A stretch of DNA of 54,828 nucleotides, the filler included, from Bipalium vagum (taxonomy: Eukaryota): the NCBI GenBank assembly GCA_037834085.1. It is 3 parts of 3 records of this genome, joined end to end, with 100 filler letters (N's around TTAATTAATTAA, not from the genome) between each part and the next. Parts side by side here need not be neighbours in the genome. Positions count along the whole stretch, not along the records: positions 1 to 15,585 come from JBBMKC010158328.1; 2 more parts are not named here. One strand, written 5' to 3'. Both the position numbers and the translations under genes were made by a program. Below, piece by piece: positions 1 through 13,719 of the stretch. Every line of letters starts with the position of its first letter. Position 1 is the first letter of the stretch. Below the pieces are notes generated by a model. It was given only the letters and a program-made list of their open reading frames with translations, made no database searches and was not told where the DNA came from.

Positions 1-239
1 GATATATTGTTATATTATTTATATATAAATATTAATAACTTTGATAGCTTCTACATACAAAAATATGCATTTTCTTAGTGCGGCAATAATTAGTTGGATC
101 ACTGTATTATTGCTCTTATTTATTTCAATATTTCTTTCATACGATTGTCATCGTATTTGCTAATATTATTTATTTCTTTTAAAATCAGTTGGTTGTCTTA
201 AAATTCATTTCTTTCTTCAAACCTTTGTAATAACATTAG

Positions 240-830
240 CACGTTGATGTTAAAATCTTGTACCTGGAATGACTTGAATTTTCTGGGAGCTTTTATTTTA
301 CTTTTACTTGAGTAATTTTCATTAAAAAAACAAAGTATTTATTAATTGCACGTGTATATGCTTCAAAATGATATGAAAACAGATTTGAGTAAATACAACT
401 AGAGTCAAGAATTCAATCAGATTTCTGTTTTGAGTTACCAGACAATTGAGAACTGAATCTTTATGATAAATAATGTGAAATATTAGCAGTTCATCATTAA
501 TAAAAAAATTATTCTGCATTATACTTTTAATAGACCGGGAAACAGTTGATGAAATAATTGGATCAAATTGTAAATAGATTTAGAAAAATTGACTTAAGAG
601 CTGGGGAGAGAATTCTCAATGATTCTTCATTTTAATTTATAAGTATTTTTCACACTGGGAATTGTAAATTGTCAAAGACAACCCAGTTTCTGATAATATC
701 CTTACTGAATGATTTCTTTATATTAAACATTGGTATTTCCAGTAGACCTAATTAAAAATGACTAGCTGTAATACAAGAGAGGGAAGGGGAGCCTGATTTT
801 CAACAATGTTCTAATAAGACATTAGGGACA
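240..830 (-). mobile_element. Degenerate non-LTR retrotransposon (CR1/L2-like) reverse transcriptase fragment
   Basis: Minus-strand translation gives 'CLVTQNRNLIEFLTLVVFTQ', resembling the RT region 'GFR..RST.TNLIEF...AVIYTD'. It is interrupted by stops and the boundaries are approximate. Confidence 0.35.
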
Positions 831-1413
831 GCAATTGTATTTTATTAAGAAATATTAGATTATACAAAAATATTTTAACATTATATTATTATTATAATAT
901 TCGAAATATCTAATTTTTGAAATAAGGTAAATAATAATTTAAAAAGTAATTATCATCATATTTTAACTTCTTCATTCTCTGGGCTAATCTTTAATTTTAG
1001 TTATGTTTATCGACTGGTCACAAATCTTTCTTTATTATTATCAAAATTATTTTATATTGCACTACATACAATGGTTTTTAAATACGAATTTTAATTTCCT
1101 TTTTATTTTAACACTTCACCATGTGTTTCAGATCTTTGAATATTTTTCTTTCCTTGATTTCCTATCTATTTATGTCTCACATATCCAGATGGTCATACCT
1201 ACGAAATTGCTTTGTCTGTCAGCATCTCAAATTTTAATGTAAGGATTAAATTAAAATAATATTAAAAACTAAGTTTTATTAATTTTTAAGTAATGAACTA
1301 AATATAATCGTAAATTAAAAGTAAAATAAAATTTATAAAATAATTAAATAAATTTTAGAAAATCTAATAAAGATTTTTAAAATAAGTACATAATTATTTT
1401 CATAATTAAAACA

Positions 1414-1636
1414 TTGGGTTATTCGGAAAGTCACTTAGCAATTTTTAGTAATAAGTAAAATCAAAAGTTTTATTAATAATAAATATTTTAATCAATGATG
1501 TATTGATCTTCTTGTTCTAATACCTTCTGCCATCTATCAGGAAATTTGAATATCCCAACCTTTAAAATGACTTAAGTGCTTAAATTAAAATTTTAAAATA
1601 GGTATAAAATGCGAAGTGACTTTCCGAACAACCCAA
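1414..1636 (-). mobile_element. Mariner internal-deletion derivative (MITE-like, ~223 bp)
   Basis: ~30-bp TIRs ttgggttattcggaaagtcacttagcaattt / aaaatgcgaagtgactttccgaacaacccaa. The interior on the minus strand encodes a mariner C-terminus, 'GIFKFPDRWQKVLEQEDQYIID*'. Confidence 0.85.
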
Positions 1637-2035
1637 TAAATAATTAACAATTAAAAATAAATTATTAATTTGTCTAAGTTTTAAACAAAGAGCAAGCAGT
1701 TTTTAAATACTCAATTATTTTCATAAATAAATATAATATTACGTTAAATGTTGACTTAAAGAGTTGAAACAATATTTTTTCTTGTTACATAGATCACTTT
1801 TAAAATATTTTTATTTACATCAAACTTATTTTTGAGCTCATTTGAAAATGTAACCATATTATTAACCAATTTTTTGGATTATTTTTCTATATAATTCAAT
1901 GAAATATAATTGTTAATTAAATCTAATTAAATTAAAATAATAAAAATAAATAAATATCCAGAGATAAAATTTTATTCAAAAGTAAGATTATTAATCTATA
2001 AAAAATCAATCTCAAAAAGTCGATTAGTTGTTAAA

Positions 2036-2036
<1 letters not shown>

Positions 2037-2085
<49 letters not shown>

Positions 2086-2103
2086 GATTATTTTTATTAT
2101 TAT
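2037..2103. repeat. (TTA)n microsatellite
   Basis: Direct trinucleotide run. Confidence 0.95.
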
Positions 2104-2455
2104 TAATTATATATAATATTCATATAAATCAATTTTGAAATTCAGTTATTTTATTTATCTAACTCAAAAAATATCAATAATACTACTAAAAATTATCAGT
2201 CAATTTGTATAATAAATTATGATAATTTTTCTTTTAAGATTTTGTGATAAAAATGATTTTTTTCATTCCATGTCAAAAATAAATCTTAAACATTTTATGA
2301 TGTTTTACTTTGAATCTAAAAAAAATTATCAGAAATTCAGTTATGCCTTATTGATATAATGGATATTTATTTTCTCAAGAATATTTAAAAAATAATAAAT
2401 TAATGTTTAAATAAAAACTTATTTGAACATATAATTCAACATATAATTCAACATA

Positions 2456-3677
2456 TTATTCAACATATAATGATAGTGTACTTTTTATGTCTGTTAAAAC
2501 CAAATAATTATATTTTATCGACATATAATTATTATTAAATGAAAGGCTTGTCATATAGTGCAGGTAAACAAAGTATTGTTTTAAAATTTAAATTTTATAG
2601 AATTTTAGAGATGAAATCATTGAAAAAATGGAAACACCTTCATGCAAATATACAAAGCATTGGAAAGAGTCCTTTCACTTCCAACCACCAAACGATGGTG
2701 CAAAATCATCACTGAAAATGATTCTATTAAACTGAAGAAGCCACTATGAAGAAAAAAAGATGCCAAAACCGTTAAAGCAATACAAACTGTAAAAAGATTG
2801 GTTTAATGGAAAAAGAGTGACCCTAAGAAAATTGGATACCAAATTTGGAATATCAATTGGATCAGCTCAATATAAATTGAAAAAATATTCAGTTAAAGTA
2901 GTACAAGATTGAAGACAACCCTTGTTGACTATGAAGCATTTAAAAAACAGAATTGGATTTTAAAATTGGGTAAAGCATAATTTCAAAAAAAAAGATACTT
3001 TTTTCGGACGAAAAAAAATTCCATATGAACGGAGTCTACAATGTCCAAAATGACAGAATCTCTGTAATTATTCGTGCTGAGGCTGATAAAAAGGTGGGAT
3101 TAATCAGAAACGGAAATTTCCACAAAAAGTAATGGTTTGGTTAGGTCTATGTTCCAAGGGTCCACTCATATTTATTGACAAGGGAACAATTAATCAGGAG
3201 GTTTATATGAAAAAATACTCCCAGTCGCAAAGAAATATAGAAATAATGTTTTTGGGAATAATTGGATATATCAACAAGACGTGTCATAAGGGAAAATAAT
3301 CAATTGAATAATGTTCCAAAATGTTCTAAATTTTATTACAAAAATTTTTTTGTCCTTCTAATTTACCAGATTTAAATCCTTTGGATAAAATGAGCGTCAG
3401 GTGGGATCGAATAACATCCAAAAAGAAATTGATCAGAGAACTGAAGATAACAGTGAAGAAAAGTGACAAGGAAATAATTGTTGAAAATTGAGAAATCCTG
3501 GTACCGTCGATTGTATTGCATGTGGAAAGCTAACGGTGAATATATTTTTTGATGTTCAAAAATAAATTTATTCTAAAAATTTCTTTTACTTTCAAAATAT
3601 TAAAAAAATATTTTAAGTTCAATTTTTTAAAAATTTTTAAAATTTAAACATGAGTATCATTATATGTTGAACACCCA
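2456..3677 (+). mobile_element. Near full-length defective Tc1/mariner element, maT (DD37D)-like
   Basis: TIRs ttcaacatataatgata... / ...tatcattatatgttgaacaccc. Frameshifted transposase with ILFSDEKKF, 'NGVYNVQNDRI', 'KVMVWLGLCSKG', 'WIYQQD' and 'PDLNPLD'. Confidence 0.85.
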
Positions 3678-4761
3678 TTAATTTATTTAATCTATTTATT
3701 AAGAAAATATAGTTGATAAAAATATTTAACTGATAAAAGTCCATCGGTAGACAAAGTGACTGAATTTATGTAAATAGCCTTTGTGAGTTTTACAAGCGCG
3801 GTACAATGAAGTTTGCGGAAATGAGGCAGAATGTCTTTGATTATAATAATATTATTTATATTTCTGTCTAAGGTAGTTCCTCATTTATTTATAGTTAATT
3901 TGTGAAAACCAATCTTATCAAAAAAACAAAGATTCATTAAAGACCTAAACTCACAATTTTAAATGGTTTTTAATTGTTTAAATTATTGAAAAATATAATG
4001 GATTATAAGCTGCCACTAGAAGCTTCAATCTGTTGAGTGATAATTATAAAATGAATAATTACTTTTCTCTTTTATTAAATATCATATTTTGTTGAGTTTA
4101 CTCTATCTAAGAATTCCGATTATCGTAAATCGCGAAGGAATTTTCCATTTTCATTTCTCATTCGGATTAAAAATATGAACAGTAAAAGCTTGAAATTAGT
4201 AATAATAATTAAAATAATTATTAAGAGATTTCACGAATCATTTTCGGACTTAAACAGTTTTTTCACACAGTTTCGGTATTTTTTCTTTTAAGTCATATCT
4301 GACAATAAATAATTCCATTAAAATTAAATGAGATTGAGAGAACTAATTTATAGGATTCCTTGATGTAATCAATTGAAAACCTTTTCTTATTAGGTTGACT
4401 TAATAAATTTGCATCTCAAACGATTTCTGGACTCAATCATTTTTTGTTTTAACTGTAAAATGATAAATTTTTTAATTTTGAAACCAAATATTATTTTAAA
4501 AAAGGTGAAATAGGCTGATGAATTTTTTTCAAAGTTAAACATGGAAAAGTGAAAAATTTTAAAATGGAAGAATTAATATTATAGAGAATTCAAAAAAGTT
4601 TTAAAAAACTTTATAAATAAAAACATTTCCATGTCACAGTGACAGATTGGTAAATCACATTAAGTTATTTCTGAAAGAACTTATCACAAAGAAAGAAAAA
4701 TATGTTAAAGTAACATTGTATCTAACGTTCAAATTTATTCCGAAAATATCGCACGCACCCT

Positions 4762-5345
4762 GTACAGGCTGTCCCACAAGTTAGAACTTTTTATAAAAGG
4801 GACTAATTTTAGAATGTTGATACTTCCAAACTTTATTTACATATCAAAACAATTATGGGACACAAATATTGTAGTCAATGAACATAGTAGCACAAATAAA
4901 TCAATCAAATGCATCAACTTGCAAGCCTCTCAGTTTGACACACACTTTGATTGGTCGAAATGTTCTGTCATTGATTTTTTGAAAAGTTTCCATAGGAAAT
5001 CGAGTCAACTCATCTTGAATAATGATTTTCAGACCTTCTTTGTTTTGTGCTGTCCTTGCAAAAATTCAGAGCTTCATGATTCCCATAAGGCGTTATTGTA
5101 GGACATAAGACCAGGGCTACTTGCTGGCCAAATATCGTCACAAATTTGCCAACCTAACGGTATTAAAAGGTGTCAAGAAATTTCTGGTTGTTTTGGCGGT
5201 ATGTGCTGGAGCACAATCTTACTGGAAATATTTTGATAATAATATCTGTCTTTTTTCAAGAGCTGGTATAAATTCACCTCTTTGCATCTGAATATAAATA
5301 GTTTCCGCAAAACCACCTTTCAGGAAAGAGTTTAATAAGATATTT
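4762..5345 (-). mobile_element. Tc1/mariner-superfamily transposase 3' half relic
   Basis: Minus strand reads 'FQ*DCAPAHTAKTTRNFL' and 'WPASSPGL'. A terminal tacaggctgtccca TIR-like end starts at 4762. Confidence 0.7.
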
Positions 5346-5414
5346 GGCAGATATGGCTTATGTATTATATGTATTATATATTATTATAAAATATTATCAA
5401 TATCAATACTTTTG

Positions 5415-5920
5415 GAACTAGATCATGGTCCATACCAGGGAGGCTCGAAAAAACGGTAACAAAAGAAGGATTGGTATCAAACAGAATTATGTTACATGTC
5501 TAGTGTTATTGAAAAGCAACTATTTATTGCGAATTCTTGCCATACAATAAATAAAACGATTGATTTTGATCTGTATTGTGATTAATTAACAAGATTTAAA
5601 AAGTGCTTGTAAAAAAAGATAAATTGGAAGACCACCGAAAAATTTTGCTCCAGCAAAATTATTATTTATTAAGATCTCTGTAGAATTCTCTCAATGGCAT
5701 AAAGTTTAGTTTTATACAATGATGTGAAAAATATTTAGTAGAATTCTTCGTCAACAATCCAAGAAATTTTTCAGTCATGGAACAAAGTCTACGTGAAAAA
5801 TGAAAAAGGATTATCGATGGAAAAGGTGCATATGTGGTTTAAATATATACTTTTATTCTATCTTTTCTATTCAATTTCAATGTCTTTATAAAATAAGAAA
5901 TATCTTTCCCCCACCCAATG
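5415..5920 (+). mobile_element. Mariner transposase 3' relic
   Basis: 'WSIPGRLEKTVTKEGLVSNRIMLHV*CY*KATIYCEFLPYN' matches the mariner KVLLCVWWDWKGIIYYELL block. It ends in TIR-like gaaatatctttccccacccaat. Confidence 0.7.
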
Positions 5921-7819
5921 TTTCTTAATATATCGTTTCACAAAGATTAACAAATTTTGATTGATTTGTAAAATTAAATATTTTGATTTAACTTAAGAAT
6001 TAAAAATTTGTTGAGTTGACCATGGGTACATCCCATGAAATGATAAAGAGCACCAAAGAGTCTAAATTAATATAATAAAAGTAATAATAATAATTAAATA
6101 ATAGTATTATAATAATTAATAGTAATACAAAGATTAATAATAGTAATATTAATAAAAAATATTTTTTTATCTTTGATCGTCTAATCTTGAAAATATCAAA
6201 TGTCGAATTGCCAAGATAAGATCAGAATCCGCAATTATGAACCGATTTAGGAATATTAGTCTAAAAAGAGAATTGATATTTCCAATTAAGAGTATTGATA
6301 AACGACTGAATAGTCGTCTGATCAGTATAAAAGGAAATGGAGTCCTAAATGGACTGCCACAAATTTAGTAGTTTTATTTCGTTTTGTCGAAGAAAATATT
6401 GGTGAATATTTATTTCTTTTGTGCCCATTTTTATGCGACAAGAATCAACGATAGGTCATGCACTGTAAGGGCGTTTATGAGCGAATGGGTTCGAAAGCAT
6501 CTAACGACCTGAGTACCCATCATCAGTTAAAGCAGTGAGTGGTTGCTAGATTGTTTTTCTTTTATTTTTCGTTTTGATTAATTAACAAGTTGATAATTTA
6601 TAATCGAATTGCTTTTACTATTTATTGATTTATTGATTATTTTCATATTTAATGTGTCTTTTTAAATTTCACTTGATTCGTTTGGTTATTGGTGACATTT
6701 GCTAGTTGAGATCAATTTGTTCATTGTTGTGCGCGGATATTTTTTGACATTCATCTAGATTGTGAACCTTTGTACTGATAAAATAAAGTTTTATTTTGAT
6801 TCAATTATTTCAATTATTTATTGATATAAGTGAAACTAACGTATTTGAAAATAATTAGAGTCAGTAAAATAATGAGCTAAGTGTTTCAAAGTAGTATAAA
6901 GCGCAAAAAATTTAATAAAAAATCATCAAATTATCATTAATTTTTATTTATTTTAAGATCCTTAAAGATTTTGCAGCTCATTCTAAACATTACCACAAAA
7001 AGTATAACAAATCTGTCAATGGAGGATCTACGAAATATATTCTCTGATACTCTCTCAATCAAAGGAAAGTTTTTCATGTCTAAAAATATTTAATTAGCCA
7101 AGACGCATTTCATACTTTTTAAATTGTATTGACACAACATGGAAAATATATTTTTCCAATATTACCAGAAAATCAATTCATAAATTTTTACATGCACCCG
7201 GGAGTTTCTTTATAAAAAGCAAAGTATTAGTTATAAATTGATTTACAATTTTAATTTATTTTTCCCTTCATGTCGGTCGAATAACTTATCAACTGCAACT
7301 AGAAACAGGAACCCAGCTAAATTCGTCTAAACCCTTTATTATTTTTCTTGTTCAACTTGACTAGACTTTAAAATTGACATTATTAAATTAAGTAAAATGA
7401 TGTATTTTTTTACTTTTCAGTTAACAATGTAATTACAATTTCTACAATATAAATAAAATTATTTAAGTGAAACAAAATATAAAATCAAATATTATGGAAG
7501 ACGAAAATTGAACACATAACAAGCAGTCAGGCATGGCATTTAATAAATTTCAATATTAGATCTAATTATATTTTTCAGTTTCTTAATTCATAAATATTAT
7601 ATAATATAATGCGATGATCATGAACAAAATATTAGAAAGATATGAGAATCTTTTATGTCACAATGTGTATTGTTTCGTCTATATCATTAAAGTAAATGAA
7701 ATATTTCAGTCAAAAATATAAATAAATTAAATAAATAAAATATAAATAATTAAATATTTCAATCTCAAAAATAAGGAAAAAAATAACTGAGAATTCTAAT
7801 AATTTACAATATTTATTTG

Positions 7820-8200
7820 TTTAAAGAGTATGTTCAAGATATGATGAGAATATATTGATATTAATGATATGAAAAAATTACTATTCAGAAAAACAATTTT
7901 GAAATCAACAAACATTGTTGTTTGGAATAATTTAAAGGACACATTTCACATAAGCAATAAATAGAAACAATAATAAAATATAAATAATTTTTTTGGATCA
8001 AATGAATTAAGCTATGGTCGGTAAATTATAAAATAGCAAGAACCTTTGTATTAATGATTTTTTTCAGGACAGAGAATTGTGAATTTTATTAAATATTTTT
8101 GAAGCTGGTAAATTAATTTTTTTTGTTAAAAGTTGTTTTGACTGGAGATGAAGCTAAATATCATATGGTAGATATTTACTGAAAAACAAAGATACTGGAC
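7820..8200 (+). mobile_element. Tc1/mariner-superfamily fragment
   Basis: 'LTGDEAKYH' first catalytic-D motif near 8140, heavily decayed. Confidence 0.4.
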
Positions 8201-8739
8201 TTGTACAAAAATAGTCGATAATATTAATAGTTTTTATAGTGTCATTGACATTTACTTATATCTGTTGTTTGTTCACCATATATTTTCACCGAATATTTTT
8301 TGGGCAACTTTCATCGTGCCAGTTTTCTTACTTTACTCATTATTAGTCACAATATGAAGAAAAGTTATCTGTTGAATAAAAAATTTATTATTTCAAAAAC
8401 GGATCGAAATCTGCTTGTTTTTTAAACAAAAACTGTTTATTCAATAAATTAATATGATATGCCTTTTATTTTCAAACTAATTCACAAAATATTCTTTTAA
8501 AATTTAATAATATAAATCTTTCAAATATAATGTAATATAAGTTTAGTTATTTTTAAATACTGACACACAAGAATTAAAAAATTCTACAATCTGTTCAAAT
8601 ATTCACCTAAAAAGTGAAATATGATAAGAGGGAAATATGGATATTTTCTTGTTCTTCTCAAAAGTGGTTTAAAAATTAATATCTTACATAATTTCAAATA
8701 TTCTAAACCAACTTGTTACAGTGTATATTATGCTAACAC

Positions 8740-9310
8740 TCCATATATTTTTTGCATCCAACAAGTTATAATATCAATATTTTAATATCAGGTAATATAT
8801 AAATTCTGCAATTTGTGTAAATAATCTTTTAACATTTCAGCGATATTTTAATATCTGAAAGTCGACAAAATGCTTTAAATGCATGTCAGGTTATATGACT
8901 TCCGGAAAGGCATAAACATTGGAGCAACATATAAAAGCATTAAAAGATGGTTTGTAAGATTTCGTGATGGGGTCTTTAGCCCTGAAGATCAGCCCTGCTC
9001 TGGATGACTTCCGTTATCAATGAGAACGGGATTTATGTCTTGATAAGAAATAATTTACGGATTTCAACTGATGAGATTGAAAAGATGTGAGTTTTGACAT
9101 CTCGATCCAATTTCGTCATGTAAGAAATCTAGGATATATATATCAAAGGCCGATTCGTATGTTTCACATAAATTAGCGGAAACGGATATATTAAATCGCA
9201 AGAATCTTGTTATTTACTTCATTTCACTGTAGTCTTTAGTATTTCTGCTTTAAAAATATAATATTCTTATTATATATTATTATAATACATCCCGTAAGAA
9301 GCGGTAAGAA
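8740..9310 (+). mobile_element. Mariner transposase 5' relic
   Basis: 'KRWFVRFRDGVFSPEDQPCSG' corresponds to the mariner HTH / ED.PRSGRP motif. Confidence 0.7.
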
Positions 9311-10067
9311 ACTAAATCGAGATATAGGGCAATTAAAAAATCTTTAAAAATTTGAAATATAAACCGTTTGAAAAATGAATAATATTTTCCTGTCTTTGAT
9401 TTCTCAATAATTTCTGTGCAAGTGAAAACATCAACCACATCTTCACCATTTTTTCCTTTGAGTCTGAAAAATCATCATTTCCAACAATAAAATAGCATCA
9501 GTGAATTAAATGGTCATTTTTTTCAGACATTTTTTAAACAAAAATCTTGAGGTTCTAACTCAAGTTTATTTTATATAAACAATTTAAGATGTTACACATT
9601 TCAATATATTAATTACAAAATAATTTAATAAAAATTTAATAAATACGCGATTTATTAAAGAAATGAAAAATTTCTCCAAAAGTATTACTTTGAAAAACGA
9701 TTGAAAAAATCAATGATACCTATTTTTAAAATGATGTATTTAAACAAATATCTTTTTTCTAGGAAATTTTGACTGACACTTTTTTAACATTTACTGACAT
9801 TCGAAACTCATAAATTAAAATTGACAATTAACCAAATCAATAAAGCAAATAAAACAGAAGAAAAAAGAAAATTTAAACAATAATGAAAGCAAAATATTCA
9901 ATGATATATATTAAAACAAAAAATGATATATACGAATTTCTATAAACATTAAAATGTTTTTAAGAAGTAAATTTTTAACAATACTAACAATCAAAATAAT
10001 TCATAATGTCACAATAAATTATAAATATATTAAATATAAAATATTTTAAGCTACTTAGATCAACTCA

Positions 10068-10122
10068 AAATAATTATGAAATAATTATGAAATAATTATA
10101 AAACAATTATAAAACAATTTTA
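10068..10122. repeat. 11-bp tandem repeat (aaataattatg-like, ~5 diverging copies)
   Basis: aaataattatg aaataattatg aaataattata aaacaattata aaacaatttta read directly. Confidence 0.7.
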
Positions 10123-11939
10123 AAAGTACAAAATTTTATTTATTTTGATAAATTTTTGATTTTCATTTATTTGATTATTGATTTTTTACAATATTTTTAA
10201 AAATTTTTTTTTTTGTTTAATTTTTTTAGTTCAATAAAAAATCAAATAAAAGTTCAATAAAATAAAACTTTTTTAGATTTAGGAAATAAGACTACCATTA
10301 TTTAATTAAAAAGGAGCTTGTTTAATATTATAATATTATAAATATATTTCAGAAAAGATTCCAAAACTTGAAATAATAAATTATTTACCAAAAAGTGACA
10401 ATGAAATTAGTTTTATTTATATAAATAGAAAGGAAGTAAATATATTATAAAATTGGCTCTAATTTAAATTAATTCGACACTCATTTGAGTTGAAGAAATT
10501 TTGAGAACGACGATTTTTTTAATTTCAATATTAGATTTATTATTATTTTCAAACTTAATTTATTAAAAGTTATACTCTAGAGATTATATTGTGGGTTTTG
10601 TTACAGATGGAATATTAATGATCACTACCACCAAACCGAAGTTATATTTCAAAATCACAATATGAAAATATTTTATTTTTTAACTTTGGGAAATATTTAA
10701 AGTAACAGTTTTTATACCAGTTTTAATAAATAAAAATAGAAAAAAAAATTGAAAATCAAATATTGATCATATATTTTTAATATGAAAATAAAAAAAAAAT
10801 AGAATATTACAGAAATTAAAAATATTTTAAGAGTAAAAATAATGCACTAAACACGTCAATTTATATTTTAGAAAGATGTTAATATTTGGAAAATATTAAT
10901 CAAAGGGACAACTGATCTGACTCTAGCGGCATAATAAACATAAATTAAAAATTTATTTGATATACAATGATACAATGAAAATGTTTTTCGTCATTTAAGT
11001 AAAGCAAAATCACAAAGAAACAATGTCTTTATTTGTGCTGGTGCTAATCACAAGATCCGAATTCTGGATATCGCTGAGGTTATATGCATTTCATCAGATA
11101 TACATATTATTCGTTCCAAATTATCAAAATTCAGTAATGATTGAAAGAAAATGGGATAAAAATGGAACTGAGAGTTCAAATCAATATGATTCGAATGAAT
11201 GAAATGAGTAGCAGTAGTACTGATAATCTTTTAGATATGTTTCCTCTTAGGATCGCCACAAGCTAAACTCACTATCAAATCCATTGTTTCTATTCAAAAT
11301 CAAAGCCCATTAATAAAAATATAATCATTAATTTTATCAAAATCAATTATTTTATTGATCTCAAATCGAAAAAGATTTTGTAAAAGTCGGGTTGTTAAGT
11401 ACTACCAGTTTATTTAAATATCAAATCAATACCAGAATCAAAAGCAAAATCATTGAAATCCAAAGTACCAATTACTTTAAAATTCACTGTTTCACATTGT
11501 AGATCGAAATTTAATTTATAAGTTACATTATATTCAACACTAACTGTTAAGAAAATAAATCAAAATCACTTTAGGTTATATTATATATGAGAATTAATTC
11601 TCATCGTTTTTTTTTAATGAAAATAAAGCCATTTATTTAAAAGTAGCAAGACATTTGTTTCAGTCAAAATATTTTCCGTTGGCATCCACAACTTTTTAAA
11701 AATAATAGTCATAATCAATTTCAATGGTATTAATTTTTCATGTTCCGATTTAATTATTTTATAAATATGACACCAGAGTAAGTTCGTCAGGTTTTATATT
11801 GTGAGTAGAACAAAAGCAATTCAAAAGTTCAAGAACTATTCATTCAACATATGGGAAACAACAAATTAGCATAAGTCAGTTTCGATAGTTCCAGAAATTC
11901 TGATGAAACATTGAAGTCTAAAGAAAGTTCAAGAGGTTA

Positions 11940-12520
11940 CTAAAGACCTCATGTAAGTTGTGATCTTGTCGTCACATTTAGATTACAGATCAAGAATAGC
12001 TTGAAAATCGTCCTCAAATCATTCCCTTGGATTCCACCATAAACCAAAATACTTAGGCTATTGGTTTTTTATTTGTGAAATTAATCTTTACTGGCTAGAA
12101 TAATGAATGGGTGGCGAGGTTGGTGCCTGTCTCAAAGTAAGAAACAGCCAATTCAACATCTGAAGCCACGGCAAGTGAAAGCAATTTTATTAAAAGTGAT
12201 TGCCGTGTTTTGTACAAAAGAATATTAATATGAAGACGACTCGAATTACTCCTCATATAAATTAGATCATTAATCAAATTCTGGCTGGAAAAAATCACGG
12301 CGATGTCATTGTTATTTATCTCCCTGTGACTTCTGCTTATTTACTTTATCAGAAATGAGATTCAACTCCAGAAAAATGTGAACTTCAAATTAGTTTAGAA
12401 TCATTGTTGTAATTTGGAAATTATATTTAGAATAAATTAAACCATTTTATCCCAGAGAATGTTTTTATTCCGTTTCCTTAGCCATTACCCAGGCTTGCTG
12501 AAATAAGAAGATATTTACAA
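11940..12520 (-). mobile_element. Degenerate non-LTR retrotransposon RT fragment
   Basis: Minus strand has 'NDIAVIFSSQN' (YADD-region-like) followed downstream by 'PKYFGL' (KYLG motif). This explains ORF 12095..12298. Confidence 0.5.
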
Positions 12521-12587
12521 AAGAAAAATCAAAATAATTAAATTCAACTTTTTTAGATTTTTTAATCACATCGTTATTTAATATATT

Positions 12588-13630
12588 TATTACGCTACTA
12601 AATTACTATGAACCTCGTCGTAACACTTAGCTTGCAATCAATCTCGTAACACTAGCTTACTGTCAAAAAGTGTACGCAAATGTATGAATTAAAATAACTA
12701 CAAATAACACTTTATTACCAAAGTTACAACCCAGATGTCCAAAATAATCAAATCGAATTGTCAACGAAAAATGTCTACAATCACACAGTCGAATGTTTCA
12801 ATGACTCAACAAAATCAAAAAAATAAAGAATAATAAGAATTAATCAAAAATCAAATAATATCAATTAAACAAAAATGCTAATTAATAAATCAAATGTTTA
12901 ATCAAATTGTCAATAAAGGTTAATGTTAATCAGAAAAATAATAAAAAGTAAAAAACTGATACTCACATCGATTTAGTCGACGACGGGTCTAAAGGATAGT
13001 TTGCTTAGTCCAATCTGGCTCGCTCAGAAATCCCCTAACAGAACAGGACCCATCGCAAGCTACTATCGTATATTTGAGGGCATAAAAATGAATTAAAAAT
13101 TGAAATCTTCGGAGAACAGTTTTGGATTTTCTGACAGATAATTCTTCCAACAAATTTTCCCTGAAAATTCTTCTGAAAAATAATTCCGATACAATTTTTC
13201 TTCAAACAAAAATTATTAAGTCACGATCTCTTTTTGTGGCCATCCACTGCGGATTCCAACTCTTTAAATACAATTCTGGTCAGACGATCAGTCAATCGCA
13301 GACCAGTTTTATCAATGGGGAATGTCCATTTTTCTTAGACCTTTATTTCTAAATCGACCCCTCCTTACAGATCCTCATCTAATCTTGGCAATTTAGTTTC
13401 ACCATTGTCATTTTTGGAAAAATTATAAATTTATATTTTATTATTATAATTTATATATGCACTTTTAATTACTTATTATTTTTAGCATTACTTTATTATT
13501 TTACTTTAATACGTAACCCTTTTGTGGTCCTAATAATTAATTTATAATAATTATAAATATTCTAGATCCTTTTGTGGTCTTTAACATATAATTTTTACAA
13601 GGATTAACGGGGATGTGTCATTGGCTAACA
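12588..13630 (-). mobile_element. Putative solo LTR (~1.04 kb)
   Basis: On the minus strand it starts TGTTAG and ends CGTAAT(A). It has a GC-richer non-coding core, internal short direct repeats (ctcgt..aacact.agctt x2; cttttgtggtc x2) and an AATAAA near the 3' end. Confidence 0.35.
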
Positions 13631-13719
13631 CAATATATCTATGCATTATTAAAAATTATCTTAAATAAAATTATTTGTTTGTTTTGATTTAAAGAAAATT
13701 AAATATATTTCAATTTATT

